Positions 33,150 to 44,551 are shown, numbered from the stretch's first letter. The stretch: 64,000 nucleotides of DNA from a virus (IMGVR_UViG_3300031994_000046:34658-98657), one strand, 5' to 3'. Numbers and translations: made by a program. Notes: generated by a model not told the origin, from the sequence alone.

Positions 33150-33815
33150 TTATTCGTTTTCTAAGTATCTTTTACGTAACTTTTTAATATTGTTTTCTAT
33201 CAATTGTTGTATGAAATCAACATCAGTTGCACTATATATAAGATTACTATTTGGTACAATAATTCTACCATCTGATGTATATTTAGTATTATCATCAGGT
33301 CTGTCATTCATTATAATATAGAACTCTTTATCTGAACCATTGAAAAAATCATTAATAAGATTTTCTATTTTTGTCCTATCTTCTATCAATATGTTTTTAG
33401 ATATCATAAAATCAGTAAGCATCTTACCAATATTATTCATATCAAACATTAATTCTGTTGTTGTATGAAATATTTTTTCTGCATCTATTTTCAATACATA
33501 ATGATTTGCTTGATCTATCAATTTATTAAGATTACGACCTTCTATCCAAATTATGTTTGATTCATCATATGAATCAAATTCATCTGTCAAAAAACCAATA
33601 TATGCATTAGATAAATTTATATTTGCAGTATTATTAAAGAATTTTTGAACATTAATTGTCTTATTATATAATTTAATATTTGTTCCATGTTTTCCAAATA
33701 TTCTATAATGACTTATAAATTCTTCTGGTCTTTTTGGATATTCATTTGGATGTTCTTCATTATATTTTCTATTATTTAAGATTATATCTAAAAGATTCAT
33801 ATTAAAATCATACAT
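33150..33815 (-). CDS. hypothetical protein
   Basis: 221 aa ORF. Confidence 0.7.
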   Translation of the reverse strand: MYDFNMNLLDIILNNRKYNEEHPNEYPKRPEEFISHYRIFGKHGTNIKLYNKTINVQKFFNNTANINLSNAYIGFLTDEFDSYDESNIIWIEGRNLNKLIDQANHYVLKIDAEKIFHTTTELMFDMNNIGKMLTDFMISKNILIEDRTKIENLINDFFNGSDKEFYIIMNDRPDDNTKYTSDGRIIVPNSNLIYSATDVDFIQQLIENNIKKLRKRYLENE

Positions 33816-33866
33816 TATTTATTATATAAAAATAAACAATTTGATTTTAATATGAATCTTTTAAGA

Positions 33867-35792
33867 TTATTTAAAGTTCTTTCTGATGATTTTTGTAAAC
33901 TCATCAATTAAAGTCTTAATCTCAAATGTAACTCTTGAACGATTATAAATAACCCAGTTTCCTTCTCCATATAATGAATCGTTCCAACCTGTAAGTTTTG
34001 CTCCAATTCCTGCATTATGTCCTAATACAATCAGATTGAAATATGTAGGCTGCTTAACATCATTACGAAGACTATCAAGAATTTCTTTAATTCTATTAGT
34101 ATCAGCAATATAACAAGAATCAGTAATATTGAATACAACGATTGGAAGCGATGTATATCTTTTTACATCCTCAGCAATAATTCTGTAGCTTTCTACTTCA
34201 TTCTGTCCACCCTGACTATTTCTATTTCCTAATGTATATTTTGATTTAAGTGTAAATGGATCCAAATATCTGTATACACGATCTCCATGACCATATACGA
34301 AGAACTTAATCTTTGGATAATCCTTAAGAGCTTCATAAATCATAATTGAGAATGCAGAAGCCAATTCATTAAGCTTATCACAGGTCATTGAACCTGATTC
34401 ATCAATTGCAAGAACCAATGCATATTCAGGATCATTTGATTTAATTACAGTTCTTTTCTGAGTATAGACTGTCTGTTCATTACACATTGCATTCACAAGA
34501 CGGTTTGGATCCAAAGAACCATTTCTTCTGAACCTATCAGTTTTGATTTCGTAGCTATAACTATTTGGAATAATCAGTTTCTTTGCATAATTAATATAAT
34601 TCTTTACAGTATTCAAATACTGATTATAATGAATAGGATAATTAGTATTGACCATGTGAACATCCTTAGAAATTTTCAGGTGTATTCCAGGAATATCATG
34701 ATCTTCCAAAATATTATCATTATTATTTTCAGATATTTTTGTATGATAAACAATCATTTTCTTAATATCTGTACATTCTGATTCTGATGAAATATCTTCA
34801 TAAATATTTGATAAAACACCAACAATTCCATGTCCTCCAATTTCAGAAGCTTCCTGATTCTTAAAGATATCATCATCTTTATCACGAACTTCAACTTCAG
34901 TATCATCAGAATTATCTGGATCATCAGACTTTTCAGAATCTTTAGAATCTCCAGATGATGAATTCTTTGATTTTCCTTTAGATTCTTCCTTCTCAGAATT
35001 ATTGATGTATTCTTTAAGTAATTCATAAATCTGGATTGCAGCAGCAGTTGTTGATCTTGTCACTGATTCATTTTTAATATCAAAGCAATCATTATTACTT
35101 ACGATATACTTAATCTTCTTAAAAAGATCTTCATACTTAATTAATGAATCCTTCTTAATAGATGAAAGGTACTTTGGATATCTAATGATATAGAAGAATA
35201 TTGCCAAAATTTCAGATAATGTATTGTTGGGATTTGAAACATCCTCTTCATATTTTTCAAAAATCTGGTACTTCAGCTTACTTAAGAAATTACTATATCC
35301 AGGGAATTTATTACATATTTTTTCCTCAATTAGTTCATCTTCCAAAACATTGTGAATATGATGAACCAATTCAGGATACTTTGAAATGACTGAACTTAAA
35401 TAAGTAAAGTCAGTATAAAGGCAATGACAACTTTCATGGATTGTCATACCAATCAACCTATCCATTTTATCATAGGCATCATCTACAGTTTCAATAGTCT
35501 TACCCAGACCTACCTCAATTATAGAACCATTTGTTGATGCAGTTTCATTATCCTTTGACAATTTGAATGAAACATTATAAAGACCCATTGAACGTAACAG
35601 ATCTTTCATTTCAGAAATGATCATTGAATGATCATTACAAATACGTTCAACACGGTCTTCATTATATAGGAATCTTGAATACTGCTTTGATGGAATCTTT
35701 ACAAAACCGATCTCAAGGTCTTCGTTAGTGAGAATATAATCCTCATTATCGCGATTATACCAATCAGTTGTATATATTGAAGGAACTTTCAT
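33867..35792 (-). CDS. VWA-domain protein with N-terminal HExxH metallopeptidase-like domain (CobT-like partner of MoxR ATPase)
   Basis: HESCH...NVLED; GSLDPNRL; MIDAS IDESGSM; ITD. Confidence 0.85.
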   Translation of the reverse strand: MKVPSIYTTDWYNRDNEDYILTNEDLEIGFVKIPSKQYSRFLYNEDRVERICNDHSMIISEMKDLLRSMGLYNVSFKLSKDNETASTNGSIIEVGLGKTIETVDDAYDKMDRLIGMTIHESCHCLYTDFTYLSSVISKYPELVHHIHNVLEDELIEEKICNKFPGYSNFLSKLKYQIFEKYEEDVSNPNNTLSEILAIFFYIIRYPKYLSSIKKDSLIKYEDLFKKIKYIVSNNDCFDIKNESVTRSTTAAAIQIYELLKEYINNSEKEESKGKSKNSSSGDSKDSEKSDDPDNSDDTEVEVRDKDDDIFKNQEASEIGGHGIVGVLSNIYEDISSESECTDIKKMIVYHTKISENNNDNILEDHDIPGIHLKISKDVHMVNTNYPIHYNQYLNTVKNYINYAKKLIIPNSYSYEIKTDRFRRNGSLDPNRLVNAMCNEQTVYTQKRTVIKSNDPEYALVLAIDESGSMTCDKLNELASAFSIMIYEALKDYPKIKFFVYGHGDRVYRYLDPFTLKSKYTLGNRNSQGGQNEVESYRIIAEDVKRYTSLPIVVFNITDSCYIADTNRIKEILDSLRNDVKQPTYFNLIVLGHNAGIGAKLTGWNDSLYGEGNWVIYNRSRVTFEIKTLIDEFTKIIRKNFK

Positions 35793-35874
35793 TTGTTTGA
35801 TATTTTTTATATTATATTTAAAATATAGATAATATATGAAAAAAATTCAATTACAAATAATCGTTCATATTCAT

Positions 35875-36282
35875 TTATTCTTTTAATAATTCATGTGTAT
35901 TTTCAATTATTTCACTATTATCTTCTATATAATGCATAATTGCATCATATACTTCATGTGTAAGATACACCTTATTTCCTGTTGATAATATTACAAAATA
36001 ATTAATTCTAAATTCTGGTTTTTCTCCAATATTATTTATAATATATTCTTTTAATGTTTCCATGTATTTGTTTAAAATACTTGGATCAATATTTTTATTA
36101 AAATCAGGTTTAAATGGCTGACCATCAATAACTAATTCAATGGGATACTCATATATTCCATTGACATATTCTGAATATTGATTATCCCATTCTTCTAATT
36201 GTGATTTATTACTTTCTGTTCCTATAGCAAACATTAACTCAGGATTAATCGTTAATCCTTCAGCTATTCTAAAATATTTCAT
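35875..36282 (-). CDS. hypothetical protein
   Basis: 135 aa ORF. Confidence 0.7.
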   Translation of the reverse strand: MKYFRIAEGLTINPELMFAIGTESNKSQLEEWDNQYSEYVNGIYEYPIELVIDGQPFKPDFNKNIDPSILNKYMETLKEYIINNIGEKPEFRINYFVILSTGNKVYLTHEVYDAIMHYIEDNSEIIENTHELLKE

Positions 36283-37355
36283 ACACCTACATTTTGACCA
36301 AATTCTTTATCTGAACCAATTCTAGTCTTCATTACATTTTCCTTAACTGGTGTAATTTCTTTACTAGCTTCATATCCATATTTATTGATGACATCTATAA
36401 TTTCTTTTAATGCATCATCTGAATTTGAATATGCGTCCTTTTCGTTCTCAAGAATTAAATATTTATCTTTTAATTGATTATGTTCATTTTCTAATTTTGA
36501 TAAATCATTTTCTAATGCTAATTTCTGATTTTCTAAATTATTGTAAATCTCTTTTGATTTATCTATATCTTCTTTAAGCTTCTTAATTTCATCATTGCAT
36601 CTAGAAATCTCTTCATCACATTCATCTATTGTAGATTTCTTATCTTTGAGGTCTTCAAGATAAGCATCTCTCATCTTATTACTTTCTAATAAATCATTTT
36701 CTAATGCTAATTTCTGGTTTTCATAATTATCACAGATCTTACATAAATTATCATACTTATCAGTAAGCTCTTTATTTTCTTCTTTCATTTGAATACACAA
36801 CTTATTCAATGCATTAAGTTGTTCTTCAGATTTAATTCGTTCTTGCTCTAAATCATTATACTTTGTATATATATCTGAGTACTCATTATTTAATTTATTA
36901 TAAGTTTTATTAAGTGCATCATGTTCCTTTTGAAGTTTATCATAATCTATTTTATTATCTTCAATTATCTTTTTAGCATTATCTAATTTTTCTTGTAACT
37001 CAGGAACCTTTATATTGATTGTTTCTGCTTCAAACTTTTCAAACTCTTTAATTTGTTTTAATAATTTTTCTCTATCAGCATATACTTCATTATAAGTGTC
37101 TTGAAGTACTTTATGAGCAGCATCTTTAGATTCAATAGTCTTTTCTAAGTTTTCCTTTTCAGCAACTAATGTATTCCATTTTTCTGTAGAAATAACTTCG
37201 TCTTGTGGTGTTCTATTGATTTGATCTTTTAACTCTTCATTTTCTTTAGTTAGATTTTCAATATTTGTTTTCTGTTCCTTAAATACTTCAATTGCTTTTT
37301 CTAATCTAGCTTTAAGTTTTTCATTTTCCTGTTTTAACAAATTAATATCTTCCAT
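36279..37355 (-). CDS. long coiled-coil protein
   Basis: heptad-rich; ENQKLALENDL duplicated internally. Confidence 0.75.
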   Translation of the reverse strand: MEDINLLKQENEKLKARLEKAIEVFKEQKTNIENLTKENEELKDQINRTPQDEVISTEKWNTLVAEKENLEKTIESKDAAHKVLQDTYNEVYADREKLLKQIKEFEKFEAETINIKVPELQEKLDNAKKIIEDNKIDYDKLQKEHDALNKTYNKLNNEYSDIYTKYNDLEQERIKSEEQLNALNKLCIQMKEENKELTDKYDNLCKICDNYENQKLALENDLLESNKMRDAYLEDLKDKKSTIDECDEEISRCNDEIKKLKEDIDKSKEIYNNLENQKLALENDLSKLENEHNQLKDKYLILENEKDAYSNSDDALKEIIDVINKYGYEASKEITPVKENVMKTRIGSDKEFGQNVGV

Positions 37356-37440
37356 AATTATGTAATTTAATGTATATATAAAAAATATAGAAAAAAATAA
37401 ATAATAATTCTAGTTCAAATGTAAATATTTTTTAAATATC

Positions 37441-38547
37441 TTATTTCTTTTTTGAATTGATATCTTCTAATTTCTTTTCTAACAATTTAATATTATCTAA
37501 TGCTGATTTATTATTTGCATCAATGTCTAATATTTGTTTATTGTAATCTAATGATAGTTGAACATCTCCTTTTGAATATGCGATGACACCAAGTTGTAAT
37601 AAAGAATTAATATGACATATAGGATCATATCCAAAAGTCAACTGATTAATTGGTTTATCAGTGTTTATACACATCTTATAATATATTTCAGCAACATCTT
37701 TTTTCTTTTGATTCCAATAATATGATGCTACTTTATAGAACAAATCTTTTCTATATACTCCAATCTTAAAAATTTTAAAGAAATAATCTATGAATTCTGG
37801 ATCATTCATTTCATAAAGCCTAAGAATAGCATTAATCTTATCTAATCTATTATTTTCTTCAGATTCTACACAAAGATGTAATTGTTGCTTGGCAAATTCG
37901 TTAAGTTTGTTATGCATTAATTCACGACCGAAATAATACCTGTTTCTTGCAGTAAACTTTCTACCTTCTTTCTGCATATTCATAAAGATTTCTAAGTTTC
38001 GTGTTGTATGAACAACATTTGCGGGACGTTTATGAATAATCAAAGAACCATTGTTAAACAAATCATAATCAACTTTATGTGCAGTTGTATATTGAATATA
38101 TTCGTGAATTGCATCATGCCATTCTAATCCTTTTCCAACTCTTAATAATGATGTTCTGTTATGTGGATTCCTATCACCATTAAAATATTGATACTTCATA
38201 AAATAAATGTCAGCATCTTTATCAGTTGAATTTTTAAACTCTTTTAAAGATTCTATTAACTTATCATTAAGTTCATCATCCCCATCACACCAAAATTGAT
38301 AATCTGCATTACATTCATAACAAGTTAATGAATAATTACGAGCTTTAGAAAAATCATAACACCATTCAAAATTATGTAAGAATACATTATGATGAACCTT
38401 TATGATATCATTAATTATATTAATAGTATTATCTGTTGAACCAGTATCAGTTATATGTACTTCATTTGAGAATTCTAAAAACTGATAAACAAGTTTCATT
38501 ATAGTATTCTGCTCATTCTTAACAATTATACAGCTGTCTATTTTCAT
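37441..38547 (-). CDS. GT2 family glycosyltransferase with C-terminal TPRs
   Basis: CIIVKNE, DTGSTDNT, DFSKARN, DGDD, IHE motifs; TPR-like tail. Confidence 0.9.
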   Translation of the reverse strand: MKIDSCIIVKNEQNTIMKLVYQFLEFSNEVHITDTGSTDNTINIINDIIKVHHNVFLHNFEWCYDFSKARNYSLTCYECNADYQFWCDGDDELNDKLIESLKEFKNSTDKDADIYFMKYQYFNGDRNPHNRTSLLRVGKGLEWHDAIHEYIQYTTAHKVDYDLFNNGSLIIHKRPANVVHTTRNLEIFMNMQKEGRKFTARNRYYFGRELMHNKLNEFAKQQLHLCVESEENNRLDKINAILRLYEMNDPEFIDYFFKIFKIGVYRKDLFYKVASYYWNQKKKDVAEIYYKMCINTDKPINQLTFGYDPICHINSLLQLGVIAYSKGDVQLSLDYNKQILDIDANNKSALDNIKLLEKKLEDINSKKK

Positions 38548-38620
38548 ATATTACATTTAAGTCTATCTTTTATATAAAATAGAATTTGTAATTAATTATT
38601 TTTAATATATATGAATTAAT

Positions 38621-38648
38621 AAAAGAGGGAGTAATTAATTACTCCCTC
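38621..38648 (-). terminator. intrinsic terminator
   Basis: GAGGGAGTAAT/ATTACTCCCTC hairpin. Confidence 0.7.
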
Positions 38649-39000
38649 ACTTTAAATATACATATTTATTTTTTTCTAACATTCGTTTTCTATTTTCTTC
38701 ATAGATTCTATTATATTCTGCATGATCTACAATTTTCCAGTTATCATCTCCATCATGACTATTAATCCATTCATAACATCGCATTAAAAAACGTTCTAAT
38801 TCAACTTCATCCCAAGGAGATATTGAATGTAATCTATATTCTGTTTCAAGTGTTTCATAATTTACAAAATATGGTTCAATCCATTTTTCTTTTGTTTTGA
38901 ACAATCCTTTTTCTTCAACTAATATTTCTGGACAATACCAGAATTTAGCACCTTCATTATGATCACATTTCTTTAATCGTATATCTTCTTTTTCTATCAT
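38647..39000 (-). CDS. hypothetical protein
   Basis: 117 aa ORF. Confidence 0.7.
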   Translation of the reverse strand: MIEKEDIRLKKCDHNEGAKFWYCPEILVEEKGLFKTKEKWIEPYFVNYETLETEYRLHSISPWDEVELERFLMRCYEWINSHDGDDNWKIVDHAEYNRIYEENRKRMLEKNKYVYLK

Positions 39001-39473
39001 ACCTTTATAATATTTACTTTATTGTTATTAATTAGTTTGTTCATATCAACTATATACATAGGTTTCCAATCTTTATTTATAAATATTCTTAATTTACTAT
39101 AAATGTTTCCAACATGTATTTCTTTTATATCATATCCTTTGTCTATAAAATATTTATAAGAATTCAATACAGATTTTCTAATGTCTTTTATAAAACTACA
39201 TCCATGATCTGTACCTGAATATATATTAATCTTATTGTCTCTATAATATCCGCGCGTAAATCCTTCCCAATCTTTTATTTCTTTATATCCAAGATTATCA
39301 AACCATTCTCTATGAGTCATATTTTTATATTTATCATCAGGTTCAATAATCAAAAATGTACTTGGATTAATATAGAACATTTCACGCTCTTTAATCCAAG
39401 GTAATGTTCTTAATATTCTATCTTTAATTTTTGTAAAGATATATTTTGTTTTCATATTTTTATTTAGTTTCAT
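38997..39473 (-). CDS. hypothetical protein
   Basis: 158 aa ORF. Confidence 0.7.
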   Translation of the reverse strand: MKLNKNMKTKYIFTKIKDRILRTLPWIKEREMFYINPSTFLIIEPDDKYKNMTHREWFDNLGYKEIKDWEGFTRGYYRDNKINIYSGTDHGCSFIKDIRKSVLNSYKYFIDKGYDIKEIHVGNIYSKLRIFINKDWKPMYIVDMNKLINNNKVNIIKV

Positions 39474-39726
39474 AATTCTTATTCTTTAAAATATATTCAC
39501 AGAATATCATAGCTGCATAACATCCTATGAAATTTGTAGATGCTTGTACTGCTATAGCAATCCACAAATCAACTTCAGATATGAACTTAATGACTACTGC
39601 AGAAAATGTATAGCATATACAGTTTGCAAATGATGCTAATAGTTTTCCTGACTTAATTACTAATATGCTTCTAACAATGTGAAGAAACACATTAGTTAAC
39701 GATATGATAATATAAAGTAACAACAT
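39460..39726 (-). CDS. small integral membrane protein
   Basis: 88 aa, three hydrophobic helices. Confidence 0.7.
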   Translation of the reverse strand: MLLLYIIISLTNVFLHIVRSILVIKSGKLLASFANCICYTFSAVVIKFISEVDLWIAIAVQASTNFIGCYAAMIFCEYILKNKNYETK

Positions 39727-40163
39727 TAGAAGTTCTTTTTGATTCTATCCAATTCTCGTTTGCTATCTCTATCTTTAATAGATTCACGTTTATCGTAATC
39801 CTTCTTACCTTTACACAATCCAATTTCTACTTTAATCTTACCTTTCATAATAAACATTTTCAAAGGTATGATTGTATATCCTGGATTCTGTACATCAGAA
39901 GCTAACCTACGAATTTCTTTCTTATTTAATAAAAGTTTACGGTCTCGTTTCTCTTCATGATTTGTAAACTTATCAGAATCATATTTAGAGACATGAGAAT
40001 TCTTTAACCAAATCTCTCCATTAGTTATGACACAATATGCATCTCCAATGTTTGCTTTTCCTGCTTTGATAGATTTTACTTCAGAACCTTGGAGAACTAT
40101 ACCTGCTGTGTAATTCTCCAAGATATTGTATTCATGTCTTGCCTTTCTATTGACTATTTCCAT
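39726..40163 (-). CDS. smpB: SsrA-binding protein SmpB
   Basis: NRKARHEY, AGIVLQGSEVKSI, RKLLLNKKEI, GKKDYDKRESIK. Confidence 0.97.
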   Translation of the reverse strand: MEIVNRKARHEYNILENYTAGIVLQGSEVKSIKAGKANIGDAYCVITNGEIWLKNSHVSKYDSDKFTNHEEKRDRKLLLNKKEIRRLASDVQNPGYTIIPLKMFIMKGKIKVEIGLCKGKKDYDKRESIKDRDSKRELDRIKKNF

Positions 40164-40164
40164 T

Positions 40165-40554
40165 TTAGTTCTTTATTGATTTAAGTATTCCGTTTTCAAA
40201 ATGTAATATAAGATGTTCCCCAGATATACTTGATGAAGATGATCCATAATAAATATATGCAGAATCATATTTACTATTTGAAGTACGATCATAATATACT
40301 TCTACTGGCTCAGCATTAATCATATTAATAGCTTCTATCATTGTAGAATCTTTATATATGAAATATGTCTTATGATTAAATATTACTGGTAGTAATTCAC
40401 GCCCAGAATTTTTTAGTTCTTCAACTTTCTGTATGTCATCTTTATATTTATCAAAACTTTCTTTAATATATTTCATATTCCAATAAGCAATAATGTACAT
40501 AGTAGTTGCAATCACTGCCCATATTCCTAATATTATAATCATCTTTTCTTCCAT
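40165..40554 (-). CDS. membrane-anchored hypothetical protein
   Basis: N-terminal TM helix. Confidence 0.7.
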   Translation of the reverse strand: MEEKMIIILGIWAVIATTMYIIAYWNMKYIKESFDKYKDDIQKVEELKNSGRELLPVIFNHKTYFIYKDSTMIEAINMINAEPVEVYYDRTSNSKYDSAYIYYGSSSSSISGEHLILHFENGILKSIKN

Positions 40555-41739
40555 TTAAAATCCCATGATTAGTTTCTTAATAGTATCATATTCAGAATTA
40601 TCGCCATACTTCGGGAACTTCTCACAGAATGAATAATTGATTGCTTCAATCAATGAGAATCCATCAATAACAAGTTCAGCACAGTTAAGTGTTTCACGAG
40701 TTGAGATTGTCTTTGAAATACTATTGTCAAGATATCTCGCACGGATTGCATTTGCAACATTAACGATCTTCTCAGCGACATTTTCTGCAATACCTGTACG
40801 GATATTAAGTACCTTTGTCTCAAATGATTTTGGGAGATAATCAACTTGGATAATCATAAAACGATTCTCCAATGCAATATCCAGAGAATTTGTACCTGAA
40901 TATTCAGAACCAATATTTGCAGTTGCAATGAATGTACACTCAGGATGAACAGGAATCTCACGAGGACCGTTTGAATCTGCGATCTCCACAGGAAGCATTC
41001 GGCGATCATCCAAACATGGGAACAGAATATTATTTGTCATTACTGGAGCTCGGCTTAACTCATCCAAAAGAATTACTCCAGGTTCCTGAATATCCTTAAC
41101 GAACTTTGCATAATCAAACTTGGAAGATCCATTTTCCAGACGATGTGAACCAAGAAGATCTGTCAAAGGATCCATCATTGCACCCATATCATAAATCCTA
41201 CATGGAATATTAAGTGCTTTACAGATTCGAATGATTACATCAGTCTTACCTGTACCAGTAGGACCTGTAAGCATCGTATTCTTATGTCTCTTGATATTGC
41301 GAACCAAGATATTCCATTTTGAATCCTCAATATAGAATCCTGACTCAATACCTGGATTAGCATAATTCTTCTTAATCTCAGACAGGAAATTCTTTGTCAC
41401 TTCCTTCTTTTTCTTTGTAGATACATCATACTTCTTCTTATAATCAAAGTCAGAAGGATCTATTGCCATTGAAGTGTAATCATCATCATTACATACACAA
41501 ATCTTTTCGAAGTTGAAAATATGCGTATCTGGATCATACGAATAGTCCTCTGAATAGAACATATTAGTGTCATCACAGTTCTTAATGTAATTATTTGTGT
41601 ACTCGTTATACCCGAGCTTGGAAGACTCCATAATGTCATCTGACTTATAGATTTTGTCAAGTTCCTTAATAAGACCTGATACTGGAGATATGAAGTTCTG
41701 TGATTTGTTGATTTTAAGATAAATTCTAGGATTTCCCAT
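40555..41739 (-). CDS. MoxR/CobS-like AAA+ ATPase
   Basis: Walker A GPTGTGKT, Walker B ILLDE, IATANIG, ALENRF, STRE. Confidence 0.9.
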   Translation of the reverse strand: MGNPRIYLKINKSQNFISPVSGLIKELDKIYKSDDIMESSKLGYNEYTNNYIKNCDDTNMFYSEDYSYDPDTHIFNFEKICVCNDDDYTSMAIDPSDFDYKKKYDVSTKKKKEVTKNFLSEIKKNYANPGIESGFYIEDSKWNILVRNIKRHKNTMLTGPTGTGKTDVIIRICKALNIPCRIYDMGAMMDPLTDLLGSHRLENGSSKFDYAKFVKDIQEPGVILLDELSRAPVMTNNILFPCLDDRRMLPVEIADSNGPREIPVHPECTFIATANIGSEYSGTNSLDIALENRFMIIQVDYLPKSFETKVLNIRTGIAENVAEKIVNVANAIRARYLDNSISKTISTRETLNCAELVIDGFSLIEAINYSFCEKFPKYGDNSEYDTIKKLIMGF

Positions 41740-41911
41740 ATTGCATATATTTGTTTGATTATATTAATATATAGTCAATATATGTAAAATATTCAAATTT
41801 TTGATATATTATTTATTTTTTAATAAATAAAACAATTATTAAAAACATAAAAACACGATTATTTAAATCTTTTTTTTATTTTTATTTATATAAATATTAT
41901 CAATCTTAAAT

Positions 41912-43678
41912 ATGATATTTGGTAACTTAGAAGATGTATTGGAAAATGAACAGACTATAAATGAGGCTATTCAACAGAATTTCCAACAATCATACGGCAA
42001 TATGCAAAAGCCAACGAAATGGTCAAAGATACTTGTAAAGCTTTCACATTACGGAATGAATTATTCTGATGATGTGTATAAGAACATGGTTGCATATCCT
42101 GCAGATAAAGCATTACAGCCTAAAGATGATGTAGCTTTACAACAGGTATTAATGGGATCATCAGTAAATAACTGGAAGGTAAAACCTGAAGAAGACAAAT
42201 CATTCTCAGAAAAGACATTAGAGCAGAAACGTGATGTACTTCGTAAGATGGCTATGCAGCCTGAACTTGAAGACATTTTAGATATCATGGCTAATGAATC
42301 TATTGTTTATGATGATGATGAATCTTATATTTGTACACCATTCTTAGACACCGGTTTGATTCAAGACTTAAATGAAAAGTCTGCTGAAGAAATTCGTAAT
42401 GCAATGGATATAGCATTCTATAAAATATATCTTTTATTGGAATGGAAAAAATTTGCATGGGATGAATATAAACGTTATCTTATAGATGGTGTATTAGCAT
42501 ATGAAATAGTATATGATAATCTTGAGAATCCTAAAGCTATAACGGGTATTGTAGATATTGATCCTAATACATTAACAAAGAAGATTAAAGATGGTACTAC
42601 ATATTGGGTTCAGTTTGAAGGCAAGATTGGATTTGAACGTATATTACTAGATTCTCAAGTCATATATATCAAATATGAAGATTCTGGTGTATCAACACGT
42701 CAATCATATCTTGAACGTCTGATTCGTCCATTTAATATTTATCGTATTGTTGAACAGGCACAAGTTATTTGGACAGTTACTCAATCATCATTTAAGACAT
42801 TATTTACTATTCCAGTAGGATCACAAAATAGAACAAAAGGTGCTCAAACATTAGCATCTTCAATGAATAGATATAAAGAAGACATATCATTCAATACAGA
42901 AACTGGTGAACTTAAAGTAAATGGTAAAATGAATATGCCATTTAATAAAGAATATTGGTTCCCAGAAAATGAAAATGGTAGACCACAGCTTGAAACACTT
43001 GTTGATAATGGACCAATGCTTAATGATTCAGACCAGATAAGATATTTTGAATCTAAACTTTGGAAGATGTCAAAGATTCCTGCAAACCGTTTTGATAAGG
43101 AAGCTCAATCAACATGGTTTGGTAATGATCCTACTCAAGCATTACGTGATGAAATTGATTTTTCAAGATTCGTAACACGTTTAAGAAATACATTTGCTGA
43201 AATATTACTTAAGCCACTTCGTATTCAATTATCATTATCAGTTCCAGACATTAAGAACGATAAACGTATATTAGATTCAGTTACTCTTCGTTGGAATTCA
43301 TATAACTTATTCGAAGAAATGATGAATATTGAAATCATGACTAAAAGAGTAGAATTTATTGGAACTATGAAAGACAGCTTAGCAACAACTGATGCTGAAG
43401 GTAATGAAGAATCATTCTTCTCACTTAAGTTCTTAATTATGAAATATCTTAAGATGTCTGACGCTGACCTTGAATTGAATGAAAAGTATAAGATGGAAGA
43501 AAAACTTGCTAAAGGTAATGGTAATACCGAAGAGGAAGAAGAAACTGGAGAAACAGAAGAAACAGGAACAGAACCTGAAGGAGGAGAAGGTGGTGGAGCT
43601 GAAGAAGAAGGTTCAGACATAGATTCTGAAATGCTCGGTGACGTACAACCAGAATCTCCAGAAACAACACAAGCATAA
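41912..43678 (+). CDS. portal protein (T4 gp20-like)
   Basis: YLIDG, SYLERL, YWFP, D.IRYF..KL..SKIP, RDEIDFSRFV.RLR motifs. Confidence 0.93.
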   Translation: MIFGNLEDVLENEQTINEAIQQNFQQSYGNMQKPTKWSKILVKLSHYGMNYSDDVYKNMVAYPADKALQPKDDVALQQVLMGSSVNNWKVKPEEDKSFSEKTLEQKRDVLRKMAMQPELEDILDIMANESIVYDDDESYICTPFLDTGLIQDLNEKSAEEIRNAMDIAFYKIYLLLEWKKFAWDEYKRYLIDGVLAYEIVYDNLENPKAITGIVDIDPNTLTKKIKDGTTYWVQFEGKIGFERILLDSQVIYIKYEDSGVSTRQSYLERLIRPFNIYRIVEQAQVIWTVTQSSFKTLFTIPVGSQNRTKGAQTLASSMNRYKEDISFNTETGELKVNGKMNMPFNKEYWFPENENGRPQLETLVDNGPMLNDSDQIRYFESKLWKMSKIPANRFDKEAQSTWFGNDPTQALRDEIDFSRFVTRLRNTFAEILLKPLRIQLSLSVPDIKNDKRILDSVTLRWNSYNLFEEMMNIEIMTKRVEFIGTMKDSLATTDAEGNEESFFSLKFLIMKYLKMSDADLELNEKYKMEEKLAKGNGNTEEEEETGETEETGTEPEGGEGGGAEEEGSDIDSEMLGDVQPESPETTQA

Positions 43679-43685
43679 TATAACT

Positions 43686-44300
43686 ATGAAACGATTAACA
43701 AATTCTTTAAAACAAAATAATATCAATGAAGCTGCCATTAAAGTTGGTGGTGCAAAGATAACAAATCAAGTTGATGATTATAGTAAGTATAATACTATAA
43801 ATGAATTGTGTGATTCTGTTGATACACATTATATAAGTAATTATAAAGATTCTAATAAAATACGAAAGATTTTAGCAGAAAAGAATCTAATAGAACCTTT
43901 GGATTCAAAACAAAATGATAATTATACAGGAGCAGTATTATATAAAGGTGGTCATTTAGTTTATTTCTTTTGGTTTCATAAAATGGAATATCTTTGTGCA
44001 TTCTTAGTTTATATGCATAAGTATTTAGAAATATTTGATTATCATTCAAAATTAGATAATAAATGGCATTTATATTTTGATATTCATGGAGATCCATTAA
44101 CTGGTGTTGAAAATAAAAGTACTTGTTGGCATCTTGAATATCGTTGTAAAGATCGTAAATTAGAAAATCTCGATAAAGCAATTGATGATTTTTATAATGA
44201 ATTAGATAAGATAGAAACTTATTCAGGTTTAAATGAAAATATTAATGAAACAAATTATTTAGAAATATTCAATAAGTTATACGAAAATGAAGAATCTTAA
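43686..44300 (+). CDS. hypothetical protein
   Basis: probable ATG at 43686 (MKRLTNSLKQNNINEA). Confidence 0.7.
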   Translation: MKRLTNSLKQNNINEAAIKVGGAKITNQVDDYSKYNTINELCDSVDTHYISNYKDSNKIRKILAEKNLIEPLDSKQNDNYTGAVLYKGGHLVYFFWFHKMEYLCAFLVYMHKYLEIFDYHSKLDNKWHLYFDIHGDPLTGVENKSTCWHLEYRCKDRKLENLDKAIDDFYNELDKIETYSGLNENINETNYLEIFNKLYENEES

Positions 44301-44550
44301 TGAATTTATAAATGAATCAAGAAAAAATCATGTAGAAGATTATCCTAAAGTAGAAACATTAGGAATAGGAGAATTCGAAGGTGTATTATGGGGACATTGT
44401 TTTCTTTATGAAAATAAAAAATATTATTCTGAAATAGGTTGGAAAAATATGTTTCCAAGTTATTGTAATATGGTAATTAATGAAAATGAAGCTTGGCCTC
44501 ATCAAGTAGATAAATATCAAAGAGAAGATTTAAAGAAATTATTTGATTAA
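44287..44550 (+). CDS. hypothetical protein, putative internal head protein
   Basis: starts MKNLNEFINE. Confidence 0.7.
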   Translation: MKNLNEFINESRKNHVEDYPKVETLGIGEFEGVLWGHCFLYENKKYYSEIGWKNMFPSYCNMVINENEAWPHQVDKYQREDLKKLFD

Positions 44551-44551
44551 T

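Noticed and set aside
33867-35792. Ro60/TROVE protein as partner for the Y-like modules
   Set aside because: The N-terminus is HExxH/CobT-like and a MoxR ATPase is nearby; no TROVE motifs are seen.
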